From positions 10,356,001-10,420,000 of the forward strand of contig NC_045698.1 of the NCBI RefSeq assembly GCF_009834535.1: a stretch of 64,000 bases of DNA, read 5' to 3'. The position numbers were made by a program, and so were the translations under genes. Under the pieces are notes generated by a model. It saw only the letters and a list, made by a program, of their open reading frames with translations. It was not told the origin of the DNA and ran no database searches. Source of the stretch: Camelus ferus. Its lineage: Eukaryota. Positions 63,155 through 64,000 of this stretch are shown here, in pieces. Numbering within the stretch: position 1 is the first letter of the stretch; each line of letters opens with the position of its first letter.

Positions 63155-63645
63155 AAGATCCCCAGGACCAGTCTCAGGTTCAGTAAGTGGCCTGAATGGT
63201 TCACAGAACTTAGAGAAGCCACAGTGGCGGTTCATGACCTGTGAAAGGATGCAGCTGAAAATCAGCCAGGGAGGAGGTGCAGGGGCAGGTCTGGGAGAGT
63301 CCAGATTCGGGCTGCCCTTGTCCTCTTCTGGTAAAGTCCCGTGAACAGTGCTGACGATACGTGCAGAACATTGCAGACCAGAGATGCTCCTCCGAGCCTC
63401 AGTGCTCAGAGTTTTTATCTGGGCTCAGTCACATACACAAGAGTGACCACTTATATGGCTCAGCCCTGTCCCCTGCCCCTCCAGAGATCAAGATCTCACA
63501 TGGCCCAGAGCCCCCCTCAAAAGTCACATTGTTAGCATAGACTGTCTTGGCCCAAGACCCCCAGCTAAACAGAGACATCATCAAGCAGGACATTCCAAGG
63601 GCATAGAGGGACCTCCCGGGGGCCAAGATCAGCCCTTCCTCGCAC
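63155..63645 (-). mobile_element. ERVL LTR, MER77/MER21 family
   Basis: ccccaggacc...tcaggttc...tcacagaact...aaaatcagccaggga...tcacattgttagcatagact...gcaggacattccaagggc is colinear with MER77 as I recall it. Confidence 0.75.
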
Positions 63646-64000
63646 CCATATCGTCCTCAGTGCTGGCATCATCCTAGCCCGTGTGGTCAGCTCCAGTCTT
63701 GTCTGGAGGTGTGCCCAGGGTCGGTGGTACTCACAGATGGCCGCCGCAAGTCTCTTGCTGTCTCTGAGATCTTTCATTTGGATTCGCAGTGTGTAAAAGA
63801 GAAGGGTTTGCCTTGCTATGTAAGGGCTTATTTTGTTAGTGACGTCTCTATTGCCAGTTGGTCAGCGTGGATTCATTTAATAAAAGCCCCAAATCAAATG
63901 TTGATTTTTTTGAAGTTAGGTATGCATTGTTCCTAGTTGATTCAAATCCATAAATTTCTGTGTTCCTTTAGTTTTCCTGTGAAATAGAAAAACGAGCAAT

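Overview
This is mammalian genomic DNA, so most of the six-frame ORF track is spurious. The whole 64 kb lies inside the TRIO gene (Trio Rho guanine nucleotide exchange factor) on the + strand. Ten GT-AG coding exons (about exons 28-37, residues ~1407-1921 on human numbering from memory) splice in frame. They encode the end of DH1, PH1, SH3-1 and the linker toward GEF2. A tRNA-Ala-derived SINE of the Vic-1 type and artiodactyl-type Tigger MITEs, with no ruminant or pig SINEs seen, point to a camelid genome. The main signals are two isoform switches hidden in introns. First, a CpG-dense element in the 35.8-kb intron has a Kozak ATG, 38 codons and a phase-1 donor that fits the next exon in frame, suggesting a Duet-like internal first exon. 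Second, a 19-aa hydrophobic alternative last exon (Solo/Trio8/TrioC type) has its own intronic poly(A) signal. Joined together they would give a hypothetical 212-aa GEF-less isoform. Other observations are an L2-like fragment inside a younger Tigger1 MITE, a near-consensus CTCF site, further intronic CpG clusters and ordinary repeats. I see no prokaryotic system or CRISPR array. Repeat names and comparisons with human or rodent come from memory and need database confirmation.
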